In this document: one piece after another, positions 10,271-19,647 of the stretch | Position numbering within the stretch: the stretch's first letter is position 1 | Layout of the letters: each line of letters begins with the position of its first letter | Assembly (NCBI GenBank): GCA_963775425.1 | Contig: CAVZJB010000008.1 | Location: forward strand, 288,001 to 352,000 | Direction of reading: 5' to 3' | DNA: 64,000 nt | Source: an uncultured delta proteobacterium | GTDB taxonomy: Bacteria; Myxococcota; UBA727; VGSZ01 | Position numbers and translations under genes: made by a program | Notes under the pieces: model-generated | Seen by the model: only the letters and a program-made list of their open reading frames with translations | What the model was told of the DNA's origin: nothing | Databases searched by the model: none

Positions 10271-10381
10271 GTGCCGGCACGCGCGGTGGTCCCGCCGCCG
10301 GTGCGCTGACACCGCTCCATCTTCCGCTTCGACGTCTCGGTGTCAGCGCACCGGCGACGGGCCTGGCGCGCGTGCGGGCAC
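10271..10381. repeat. Long imperfect inverted repeat/hairpin (44-bp arms, 23-nt loop), REP/REPIN-like
   Basis: Arm 10271-10314 vs arm 10338-10381: 38/44 complementary; the inner 19 bp are perfect (cgccggtgcgctgacaccg). Confidence 0.85.
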
Positions 10382-10408
10382 GCCCGCCGCTTCGCGCGCA
10401 TCGACGAC

Positions 10409-10473
10409 GTGCGGGCGGCCCTCCGCGCCGAGTGCTTGGCCGACCCATTTGTCTTTGCGGTTCGACTCTCTAG
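10409..10473 (-). repeat. Right copy of ~65-bp inverted repeat (CTAG-terminated)
   Basis: Reverse complement of 2062-2125 with 3 mismatches + 1 indel. Confidence 0.9.
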
Positions 10474-10520
10474 GCTCGCGACCGTGGGCGCCGGCTCCCC
10501 GCCCGACCTCGTCGCACGGC

Positions 10521-10667
10521 TGGCGCTCGTTCGCCCGTCGCTCGCGCGCTTGTCGTCGTACCTCGAATTCATCGGGGAGATGCGCGTCGGTCTTCGCCGA
10601 ACAGGTGCAGCGGGAGACGTGCCGGTATTGGATTGACGTCGAGGGCGCGCGCCGACCCGCGCATTGA
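10521..10667 (+). pseudogene. Possible collapsed remnant of a COG3981-type GNAT acetyltransferase
   Basis: LALVRPSLARLSSYLEFIGEM (N-terminus-like) directly followed, in another frame, by VFAEQVQRETCRYWIDV (C-terminus-like). Confidence 0.35.
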
Positions 10668-10767
10668 CCCGCGCCCGCCCGGCCCCGGTCCCCCCCGCGG
10701 GGCCCCTGTGCGGTTCCTCACGTTGCCCCCTCGACGGGGCGCTCCCGGTCCGACAGGATCATCCCAG

Positions 10768-11763
10768 GTGGACGTCCCCGACATCCTGCAAGAGCTCGTC
10801 AACGAAGGTGTCATCGATGACGTGCGCGCCCGCTTGATGTCGGGCAAGGAAGCTTCGGTCTTCGTCGTCTCTCGTGGCGACGAGCTGCTCGCGGCCAAGG
10901 TCTACAAGGCGCGCAACCAGCGGACCTTCAAGGCGACGTCGAGCTACACCGAGGGCCGTAACCAGACGCGCAACACGCGCGACAAGCGCGCGATGAACAA
11001 GCGCACGAGCTACGGCAAGGAGCTCGCGGAGGCGAGCTGGCGCGAGATGGAGTACCAGGCGCTGTGCAACGCGTTCCACGCGGGCGTGCGCGTCCCCGAG
11101 CCGCTGCTCCTGTACGAAAACGCCTTGTTGATCGAGCTGCTCGTCGACGAGCAGGGGGCGCCGGCGCCGCGCCTCGCCGACTTCGATCTCACGCCCGAGG
11201 TGGCCACGCTCCTGCACCGTGAGATCTACGGGCAGGCGCGCCTGCTCCTGCGCGCAGGTCTCATCCACGGCGACCTCTCGGCGTTCAACATCCTCATCGC
11301 GCGCGGTGGGCCCACCCTCATCGACATGCCGCAGGTGGTGGACGCGTCCACGAACAACAACGCGCCGGCCATCCTGCAGCGCGACCTGCAGAACGTCACG
11401 GAGCACCTCGCGCGCTTCGACGCGCGCCTGCTGCGCTTTCGCGATTGCGGATCGGCGCTGTGGCAGCACTACCGTCGCGGCGACCTCGACCGTGCGCTCG
11501 AGCCCGAGGAGGGCGGCGTGCGTCGTCACGATGCCCGCGGACACCGAGGGCGCCGCGCCCGCGACGCCGAGCGCAACCGCGCGGGGCGCGGGGCGCATGA
11601 TCCGCGGCCGGCGCAGCACGCGCCCCGCGACGCGGCGCCTCCGCGCGACCCGCGGCCGCCCCACGCTCCACCCCGGCAACAGCACCCGCAGCGCAACAAC
11701 CGCCGCCCGCAGAAGCCGGGCCCGGTCATCGAGCGCGTCCCGTCATCTCCCCGCGATTGCTGA
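10768..11763 (+). CDS. RIO1-family atypical Ser/Thr kinase
   Basis: LMSGKEASVF, AAKVYK, YTEGR, GVRVPEP, IHGDLSAFNIL, IDMPQ motifs; Arg/Pro-rich tail; GTG start inferred. Confidence 0.9.
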   Translation: MDVPDILQELVNEGVIDDVRARLMSGKEASVFVVSRGDELLAAKVYKARNQRTFKATSSYTEGRNQTRNTRDKRAMNKRTSYGKELAEASWREMEYQALCNAFHAGVRVPEPLLLYENALLIELLVDEQGAPAPRLADFDLTPEVATLLHREIYGQARLLLRAGLIHGDLSAFNILIARGGPTLIDMPQVVDASTNNNAPAILQRDLQNVTEHLARFDARLLRFRDCGSALWQHYRRGDLDRALEPEEGGVRRHDARGHRGRRARDAERNRAGRGAHDPRPAQHAPRDAAPPRDPRPPHAPPRQQHPQRNNRRPQKPGPVIERVPSSPRDC

Positions 11764-11903
11764 AGCGGCGACAGGATCCGGGCGCGAACGTGGCGTCGCC
11801 GTCGCGGCTGCGCCGAGGCCCAGGTCACCGGCGCCGGTGACGGGAGCAGGCTCAGGGCGCCCCGAGCTTGTCGGCGTGCGCGCCGCGGGCGAGCATCGAT
11901 GCC

Positions 11904-14697
11904 ATGCCGATATCGCTGCGCTCTTCCGCGGCTGTCTGCCTCGCGCTCGCCGCCGCCGCTTCGCCTTCGTGCAACTGCGGAGACGACGCTCTCGTCAAGC
12001 TGGTGGTGCTCGGCGCCGTACAGCCGAGCCTCGACTTCGGCCAGCGTTTCGTCGGGTCGTCGACGCAGGCGACGGTGACCGTCGGCAGCCAGGGGACGGC
12101 GCCGCTCGACCTCAGCGACGCATCGGTGGCGGGCGGCGGCTTCACCATCGTCGGCGCGGCGCCGATCGGGGACATTGCGCCCGGCGACAGCGCAGAGGTC
12201 GTCGTCGAGCTCGAATCCGACCGTGGCGGGCCCCGCTTCCGGCTCGCTCACCATCACCACCAACGCGAGCAACGGACCCGTCTTCACCGTCGCTCTTACC
12301 GGCGAGGGGCTCGCGCCGCTCGAGTGCCCGCCCGACGAGGCGTGCAAGCAGCTCACGTTCGATCCGGACACGGGCACCTGCGTGATCGAGATCCGCACGG
12401 GCGCGTGCGACGACGGATCCGTGTGCACGACCCAAGATCACTGCGACCAGGGCTCATGCGTCGGCGAGGCCGTCCAGTGCCCCACGGAGGGGGAGTGCGG
12501 GCGCGGGGTGTGCGACGCGCAGCTCGGCTGCCTGGCCATCCCCGACGCCGACCTCTGCGACGACGGGCAGCCCTGCACCGTCGAGAGCTGCGACGCCGAC
12601 CTCGGGTGCACGCACCTCACGCTCGCTGACGGCGCGCCCTGCGGCCACTTCGACACGTGCCACGTCGGCACGTGCAGCGCGGGCTCGTGCATCGTCAGCA
12701 CCCTGCCAGACGGCGCGGCTTGCGACGACGGGCTCCTGTGCACCGCCGACGACCAGTGCCGTTCCGGCGCCTGCGGCGGCGTCCGCGGCGAGACCACGCC
12801 GGTGCCCGCGGCGGTGTCGAGCGCGTTCGGCTTCGGCGAGGCGTTCATGATGCCCGACATCGAAGGTGCACCCGACGACGTCGCGTTCCTCTTCACGGAG
12901 TCGCACCTGGTGCGCGCGCAGGGCGGAGCGCTCGCTCTCGTCGACACGGCGCCCGGCCCGCCGAGCGCCGCCGACAGCGTGCAGGTCGTCGCCACGTCGT
13001 TCGGCGCCGTCGGCGCGGCCTTCGGCTCGCCGCTTCACGTCACCACCTACGGCGTCTCCGGCGCGACGTTCACCCCGCTCGGCGGCCTGGACCTGGCATC
13101 CGAGCTGAACGGCGTCCTCCTCGCCGCCGCCGGCGACCGCGCGTTCGCCGCCGGCGCCGACATCACCGCCATCGACATCACGAACCCGGCGGCGCCGCAC
13201 GTCACCGACGCCGTACCGGAGGCGGGCGTCGGCCTCGCCCTCCTCGCCGTGGGAGACCGCCTCTTCTACGGGCGCTTGGACGGCTTCACGATCTTCGACA
13301 CCAGCGCCGGGACGCTCGACGTGCTCTCCGACGACAGCGGCGGCGCGGCGATCGGCCTGGCGCTCTCGGACGCCGGGGTCCTCGCGCTCCGCTCCGACAC
13401 GCCAAACCGCGTCGTCGCCGATCGTGTCGACGTGCTCGACCCGGTGACCGGCGCCGTGACGTCGACGCTCGACGTCGCCGGCCGCAACGTCGCGGCCGTC
13501 GCGAGCCACGGGACCCGCGCGGCGCTGATGGGCGACAACGTCGAGCTCGTCGCGCTGCCTTCCGGGACCGTGCTCGCCAGCGCGCCGCTCTTTCCCGACT
13601 ACGTTCACGGACAGCCGGCGATGTCGTCGACGCTGCTGTTGGCGAACATCGACGGGTTGCCCGGGGCCCGTGCCTTCGACGTGTCGGGTGATGCCCTCGT
13701 GCCGCTTACGGCTCCGGGCTACGGCGCGCTCGGGCGCCTCACGCGGGCGGCGCCCGGCCTCGTCCTCGCCGCCAGTGCGTTGTCGGCCAGGCTCATCGAC
13801 GCCACGGATCCTGCCGGCCCGGCGTTCATCGGCGGCGGCAACCTGCCGTTTCGGGCGTCGCTCTTCCGGCTCGCCGGCGGCGACCTCGTCACGGCCCCGC
13901 CCGGCCTCGGCGACGCCTCCGGATCCTTCGGGCCGCTCACCATCGTCGACCTCACCGACGTCGACGCGCCGGTGCTCGAGTCGGCGCGTTCGCTCGCTGC
14001 TGCGCTCGACGGCCGGTTCCTGTTTGCGGCCGGCGGCATCGTCGTGTCGATCTCCGCCCGGCAGCCGGGGTTCGCGTGCGACATCGACTGCTCCATCCCG
14101 GGCGGCCGCGTGGTCGCCGAGGCGTTCGACGTCTCGACGTCGCCGCCGTTCCCCTATCCGCGGCTCGGCGGCGCCACGCTCGCGGTGGACGGCGTCATCG
14201 CGTTCTCCGATCTCACCACCGCGTTCGATCCCGCCACGCGTCGCATCGCGGCGGAGCTCGTCGCCGACAGCGACACCATCATCGTCGTCGACGCCGGCGA
14301 CCCTACGGCGCCGCGCATCTATCCGCCGTTGGCGGAGCCCGGCTCGTTCGTCGGGTCGAGGCTCGCTCTCCACGGCGATCGTCTCTACATCCTCACCGCG
14401 GCCGGTGTGGTCGTGGAGGACATCGGCGCCGACCTGACGGAGCTCGCCGACGCGAGCTGGGCGAGCCTCGGCCTCCCCACCGACATCGCCTTCCCCCTCG
14501 CCGTCGACGACGAGACGCTGGTGGTCGGCTTCGACGGCCACATCGGCTTCCTCTCGGTGGCGACGCTGCCGCCGCGGTTGATAGGCGATGTCGCCGTCCC
14601 GATCGCGCCGGTGCGGGCGACCGCCGACGGCGATCGCCTCGTCGTCAGCGACCTCGCCCAGATCATGACGCTGACACCCGCCTGTCCACCGCCCTAG
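11904..14697 (+). CDS. Surface lipoprotein: choice-of-anchor-D/ASH Ig domain + Cys-rich repeats + LVIVD-like beta-propeller; one +1 frameshift near 12213
   Basis: Signal peptide ...AASPSCNCGDD; LDFGQRFVG..VTVGSQGTAPL joins NPTVAGPASGSLTITTNASNGP if one base near 12213 is removed; CDDGxxCTxDxC repeats; AIDITNPAAP-type repeats. Confidence 0.75.
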
Positions 14698-14815
14698 CGC
14701 GCGCGGCCGGGCACCCGCTCGAGCATGCCGGTCCCATCACGCCGGGCCCCCGCACGGACGCGGATCCGTGTAATGCCGAGGCGCGCGCGGCGTTCAACAC
14801 CGTGAAGGGGGCGCG

Positions 14816-15385
14816 ATGAGCACACAGGCGTGGCGGGCGGACGCAGAGGAGCTCACGCGGGTCGCCGCCGGCGACGACGGCGCCTTTCGCCGGCTCTATG
14901 ACGCCCATCACGGGCGCGTGGTCCGGCTCGCGTATGGCGTGTTGCAGGACCGCGAGCAGGCGCGCGACATCGCCCACGACGTCATGATCAAGCTCTTGCG
15001 GGCGGCGGCGGCGTGGGAGCCCCACGCCGCCGTGTCCACGTGGCTGCGTCGGGTGACGCTCAACGAGTGCCTCAGTTGGCGGCGGCGCCTGTTGCGCCGC
15101 CGCCGCCACGAGGACCCGGTGGATCCCGCCCCCGCCATCGACGCCACCGAGAGCGACGCGCCGTCTCCGCACGAGGTCGCCCAGGGCGTGGAGCGCAGGC
15201 GCTCCTTGCGGGCGGCGCTCGCCGGGCTGGCGCCGCGGGACCGCGCCATCGTGGTCCTTCACGTCGACGAGGGCATGGCCCCGCGGGAGATCGCAGCCAC
15301 GCTGAGCATGAACGACAACGCCGCGCGGGTCGCCCTGCACCGCGCGCTCACGCGGCTGCGCGCCGCGCTCGGAGCGACGCCATGA
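14816..15385 (+). CDS. ECF sigma-70 factor
   Basis: GDDGAFRRLY, ARDIAHDVMIK, STWLRRVTLN, region 4 PREIAATL...RVALHRALTRLR. Confidence 0.9.
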   Translation: MSTQAWRADAEELTRVAAGDDGAFRRLYDAHHGRVVRLAYGVLQDREQARDIAHDVMIKLLRAAAAWEPHAAVSTWLRRVTLNECLSWRRRLLRRRRHEDPVDPAPAIDATESDAPSPHEVAQGVERRRSLRAALAGLAPRDRAIVVLHVDEGMAPREIAATLSMNDNAARVALHRALTRLRAALGATP

Positions 15386-16335
15386 AGGACGACGACACCA
15401 GCCCCAACGACAACGACCTCAAGGCCGCGCTCGGCGCGCACCTCGACGAGGCGCTGCCCACCGCCGACGAGCGCCGCGAAGATCTCGCCAGCCTCCCGCG
15501 CCGCGCCCGCCGCTTTCGCGGCGGCCCGCTCTCCCACGTGGGCGCCGCCCTCGCCGGCGCCGTCGTCGCCGGCGGCGCCTTCCTGGCGCCGTCGCTGGCG
15601 GCGCGTGTGCAGCGCGCGGGGGACGACGCGGGCGGCGCCGGCGTCACCGTGGACGAGACGGGCAAGGGCGCGCCGCTCGCGGTCCGCGGCGACGCCCGCG
15701 TCTTCGCCCGCAGCGTCGCCGCCGCCGCCGGCCGCTTTCGTGGCCTGGCGGACGTGTTCGCCGAGCGGCGCGTGCGCGACGACAGCGAGCAAGAGCCCGT
15801 GCTCGCCGTCTTCGACGACGTCGTCGCCTCGGTCCCCGGCCTCGAGATCCGCGCGGACGCGTGCCTCGCCGGCCGCCGCATCGACGTGGTCGCCGACGCC
15901 GTCCCCGCCAACGTCCTCCTCGATGTGATCTCCGAGCGCCTCGACCTCGAGGTGAAGACCAGCGAGAGCGCCGTGGAGTTTCATTGTCGCGGCGTGACGC
16001 CCGGCGCCACCACCGTGGTGGACACGCGCCACCGCTGGCCGCCGCCGGACCCGCGGCTCTCGCACACGGTGTCGTTGGACGCCGACGACACCACCCTCGA
16101 TGAGGCGCTCGACATGATCGCGCACATGGAGAAGCTCACCGTGCGCTACGGCGCCCGCGCCCACCCGAAGCTCAAGCTCCACCTCGACGACGTCACCCTC
16201 GGCACGGCGCTGCAGGCGCTGAGCGAGTCGAGCGGCATCCCGGTGCACCTCGACGGCGCAGCCGTCGTCGCCTCCGGCCCCGAGCTGCCCGAGGTGAAGG
16301 CGATGTTGGACAACGCACAGGCGAAGCCGCGCTAG
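15382..16335 (+). CDS. Putative anti-sigma factor: single TM + two STN/FecR-C-like domains
   Basis: ATGA overlap with the ECF gene; TM AALAGAVVAGGAFLA; repeated VSLDADDTTLDEALDMIA / LHLDDVTLGTALQAL pattern typical of STN/secretin-N0 folds. Confidence 0.65.
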   Translation: MKDDDTSPNDNDLKAALGAHLDEALPTADERREDLASLPRRARRFRGGPLSHVGAALAGAVVAGGAFLAPSLAARVQRAGDDAGGAGVTVDETGKGAPLAVRGDARVFARSVAAAAGRFRGLADVFAERRVRDDSEQEPVLAVFDDVVASVPGLEIRADACLAGRRIDVVADAVPANVLLDVISERLDLEVKTSESAVEFHCRGVTPGATTVVDTRHRWPPPDPRLSHTVSLDADDTTLDEALDMIAHMEKLTVRYGARAHPKLKLHLDDVTLGTALQALSESSGIPVHLDGAAVVASGPELPEVKAMLDNAQAKPR

Positions 16336-16435
16336 CGAGCTGGGGCGCCGATCTCGTACGGCCGTGCGCGCTGTCACGAACGACACGCGCACCGTTCGCT
16401 GGTGCTGGGCGGCGCTCGGGTCCATAACGCCGCTC

Positions 16436-19400
16436 ATGCGCCAACGGCAAGCTGCGCCTCTCCAACGAAAGACGGCTTCCCCGGTAAGGCTCAGCCGCTT
16501 GCAGCGGGGCATCGAGGTGGGCTTCGCGATGGCGCTCGTGCTCCTCGCCGTCATCGGCTTCACCGCCTATCGCAGCACGATGGCGGTCGTGTCGGGTGCC
16601 GCTGATCAGCAGCGGGCCGACGAGGTCGTCGCCACGCTCGATGCGGTGGGGCGCGAGCTCGTCGACGCGGAGACGGGAGAGCGCGGCTACGTCGTCACCG
16701 GCGATCCGGCGTTCCTGCAGCCGCTGCGGGCCGCCACCGCGAACTTGCCGGGAGAGATGGCTCACCTGGAGGCGGAGCTGAAGGGCGACCCGGCGCAAGA
16801 GCGCCGCGCGCAGCGGCTGCGCCCGGTGATGGAGCGCAAGCTGCGCTGGGTCGAGCATGTCGTGGACGTGCGCGACACCAAGGGCGTCGCGGTCGCGCGG
16901 GATGTCGTCGCCTCCGGACACGGCAAGGCGACCATGGACGCCATGCGCCACATGCTCGATGAGATGCAGCACGAAGAGGTGCAGGCGGCGGGCCTGGCGC
17001 ATCCGGGTGGAACCGAGGTCCGCGCCGCGCTCGCCTCCATCGCCGGCGGCAGCGGTCTCGCCTTCGTCGTCGGCGCGCTCGCGCTCCTGCTGCTGCGCGC
17101 GGACAGCCGGCGGCGGCTCCGCGACGAGCAAGTGCTCAGGCTGCAGAGCCAGATCGTCGACCAGGTCCACGATGCGGTGATCGCCACCGACGTCGACGGC
17201 GTCGTGCAAAGCTGGAACCAGGGTGCGGAGCGCATCACGGGTTACACGCGCGCGGAGGCGCTCGAGCGACCCGTCTCCTTCCTCTACCCTGAGGAGGAGC
17301 GGGACATGCACGAGCGCGATGTCATCGCGCCCCTGCAGGCAAAGGGCGCTCACGAGGTCTCGGTCCGGCTGCGCAAGAAGTCGGGCGAAGACTTCTACGG
17401 CCATGTGTCCTTGTCGCTGCTGCGCGATGACGACGGTGAGCCCATCGGCATGATCGGCTACACCATGGACGTCACCGACCAGCGGCGCGCCGAGGACGCG
17501 CTGCGCGTCCGCGCGGAGCAGCAGTCCCGCGTCGCCGCGCTGGGCGAGCGCGCGCTCGCGTGCGCGAGCCTGCCCGAGCTCCTGCGCGACGCGGTCTCCG
17601 TCGTCACCGAGGCGCTCGACGTCGAGCTGTGCGAGCTCCTCGAGCTCCTCCCCGGGCAGGGCGGGCTGCTGCTGCGCGAGGGCGCCGGCTGGCAGGAGGG
17701 CCTGGTCGGCCGAACCACGGTTGACGCAGGCGCCGCGAGTCAGGCCGGATACACGCTCGAGCGCGGTGGCCCCGTCGTCGTCGCGGATCTGGGTCGGGAG
17801 GCGCGCTTCACCGCGCCGCTGCTGACGGCTCACCAAGCGGTCAGCGGCATCACCGTCGTCATTCAGGGACACAAGCGGGCCTTCGGCGTGCTCGGTGCGC
17901 ACGCGCGCGGGCGCCGTGAGTTCACGGCAGACGACGTGGCGCTCGCGCAGAGCGTGGCGAACATCGTCGGCCAGTTCGCGGAGCGCACTCACGTCCTCGA
18001 GCGCCTGCGCGAGCAGGCCGCGCTGCTCGAGCACGCCCACGACGCCATTGTCGTCGTCGACATGCTTGATCGGGTCACGTTCTGGAATCGCGCGGCGGAA
18101 CGCATCACCGGCTGGCGGGCAGAAGAGACCATCGGCCGGGACCTGCAGACGTGCCTGTACTCCGCCGACGTCGAACGCTATCGCCGTGCGCGGCGCAAGA
18201 TGCTGGAGGACGGAGAGTGGGCAGGTGAGCTGCGGGCCCGCAGCCGCGATCACAAGCCCATCGTGAGCCAGGTCAGTTGGACGCTGTTTCACGACGAAGC
18301 CGGCCGGCCCCAGGGCGTGCTTGCCATCATGACGGACGTCACCGAGCAGCGCCTGTTGGAGGCGCAGTTCTATCGAGCACAGCGGCTGGAGAGCATCGGA
18401 ACGCTGGCGAGCGGCATGGCGCACGATCTCAACAACATCCTGCAGCCCGTGATGCTGTCGGGACAGTTGCTGCAGAAGCGCCGCCCCGGGCAGGACACGC
18501 GGCCGCTCGTCGACATGATCGTGCGCAACTGCCGCCGTGGGGCGGAGCTGATCCGCCAGGTGTTGTCGTTCGCGCGCGGCGCCGAGTCGGAGCGCGCGCC
18601 GCTCGACCCGGCCACCGTCATCGACGAGGTCGCCCCCATGCTGCGGCGGACCCTGCCCCCTTCGATCACGCTCGAGGTGGATCGCCCTCAGGCGGTTCGT
18701 GCCGTCGCCGGCAACGCCACCCAGCTCCATCAGGTCTTGATGAATCTCTGCGTCAACGCTCGCGACGCCATGCACGGCGCCGGCGTGCTGCACATCGACG
18801 TGGCGGACGCGGAGCTGAGCGAAGCGGACGCGCGCAGGCAGCTTGACGCGCGGGCGGGGTGGTACGTGCGCATCCGCGTCGTGGACACGGGCGTGGGCAT
18901 CGCGCCCGACCTCATCGACAAGATCTTCGATCCGTTCGTCACCACCAAGGGCCAGGGAGAGGGGACGGGGCTCGGGTTGAGCACCGTGCGTGGGATCGTG
19001 GTCGGGCACGGCGGCTTCATCGCCGTCGACAGCGAGCCGGGGCGCGGCACGACCTTCTCCGTCTACCTCCCGGCTCTCGACGAGGCGAGCCAGCCGGCGC
19101 CTGCCGGCGCGAGCGCCGCCGCGCTCCCCGGACACGGCGAGCGCATCCTCGTCATCGATGACGAAGCGGAGGTGCGCGAGGCCACGCGCGACGTGCTCGA
19201 GTCGGCGGGGTACCGGGTCGTGACGGCGGAAGACGGGGTGAACGGCGTGCAGGTGTTCCGCAGCGATGCCGTCGGCTTCCAGGCCGTCGTCACCGACATG
19301 GTCATGCCCCGGATGAGCGGCGCGGTCACCATCGAGCGCTTGCGCGAGGTGGATCCGCACGTTCGCGTGATCGTCACGAGCGGCGTGCTCGAGCGGAGCG

Positions 19401-19498
19401 AGGCCGCCGCCTACGGCGCCGTCGCATTCGTGCCCAAGCCCGTCGAGCTGGACACGCTCCTCGAGGTCGTCGCCGACACGCTCGCGCGACCGGCGTGA
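16436..19498 (+). CDS. Hybrid sensor histidine kinase (CHASE3-PAS-GAF-PAS-HisKA-HATPase-REC)
   Basis: DAETGERGYVVTG (CHASE3), SWNQGAERITGY (PAS), AHDLNNIL H-box, NLCVNARDAM, DTGVGI, GTGLGL, REC VTDMVMP; start uncertain (16364-16529). Confidence 0.92.
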   Translation: MRQRQAAPLQRKTASPVRLSRLQRGIEVGFAMALVLLAVIGFTAYRSTMAVVSGAADQQRADEVVATLDAVGRELVDAETGERGYVVTGDPAFLQPLRAATANLPGEMAHLEAELKGDPAQERRAQRLRPVMERKLRWVEHVVDVRDTKGVAVARDVVASGHGKATMDAMRHMLDEMQHEEVQAAGLAHPGGTEVRAALASIAGGSGLAFVVGALALLLLRADSRRRLRDEQVLRLQSQIVDQVHDAVIATDVDGVVQSWNQGAERITGYTRAEALERPVSFLYPEEERDMHERDVIAPLQAKGAHEVSVRLRKKSGEDFYGHVSLSLLRDDDGEPIGMIGYTMDVTDQRRAEDALRVRAEQQSRVAALGERALACASLPELLRDAVSVVTEALDVELCELLELLPGQGGLLLREGAGWQEGLVGRTTVDAGAASQAGYTLERGGPVVVADLGREARFTAPLLTAHQAVSGITVVIQGHKRAFGVLGAHARGRREFTADDVALAQSVANIVGQFAERTHVLERLREQAALLEHAHDAIVVVDMLDRVTFWNRAAERITGWRAEETIGRDLQTCLYSADVERYRRARRKMLEDGEWAGELRARSRDHKPIVSQVSWTLFHDEAGRPQGVLAIMTDVTEQRLLEAQFYRAQRLESIGTLASGMAHDLNNILQPVMLSGQLLQKRRPGQDTRPLVDMIVRNCRRGAELIRQVLSFARGAESERAPLDPATVIDEVAPMLRRTLPPSITLEVDRPQAVRAVAGNATQLHQVLMNLCVNARDAMHGAGVLHIDVADAELSEADARRQLDARAGWYVRIRVVDTGVGIAPDLIDKIFDPFVTTKGQGEGTGLGLSTVRGIVVGHGGFIAVDSEPGRGTTFSVYLPALDEASQPAPAGASAAALPGHGERILVIDDEAEVREATRDVLESAGYRVVTAEDGVNGVQVFRSDAVGFQAVVTDMVMPRMSGAVTIERLREVDPHVRVIVTSGVLERSEAAAYGAVAFVPKPVELDTLLEVVADTLARPA

Positions 19499-19607
19499 TC
19501 CCGCGCCGGGCGCCGCCGGCCCCTGCGCGCAGAAGAGCCGTTCCCCGCGGCGCCCGGGCGGCCTCGCGCAGGCGACGTCCGCCGATCGACGGACGCGCGA
19601 CGGTCAA

Positions 19608-19625
19608 AGAAACAGCATTGTTTCT
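19608..19625. promoter_or_regulatory. AT-rich 7-4-7 palindrome, candidate operator upstream of the astacin gene
   Basis: AGAAACA-gcat-TGTTTCT, 22 nt before ATG 19648. Confidence 0.45.
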
Positions 19626-19647
19626 ATGTCGCAACCAAGGAGGCCCC

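Noticed and set aside
11824-11841. Perfect 18-bp palindrome gtcaccggcgccggtgac
   Set aside because: Mostly GC, with no loop or U-tract; plausible by chance.
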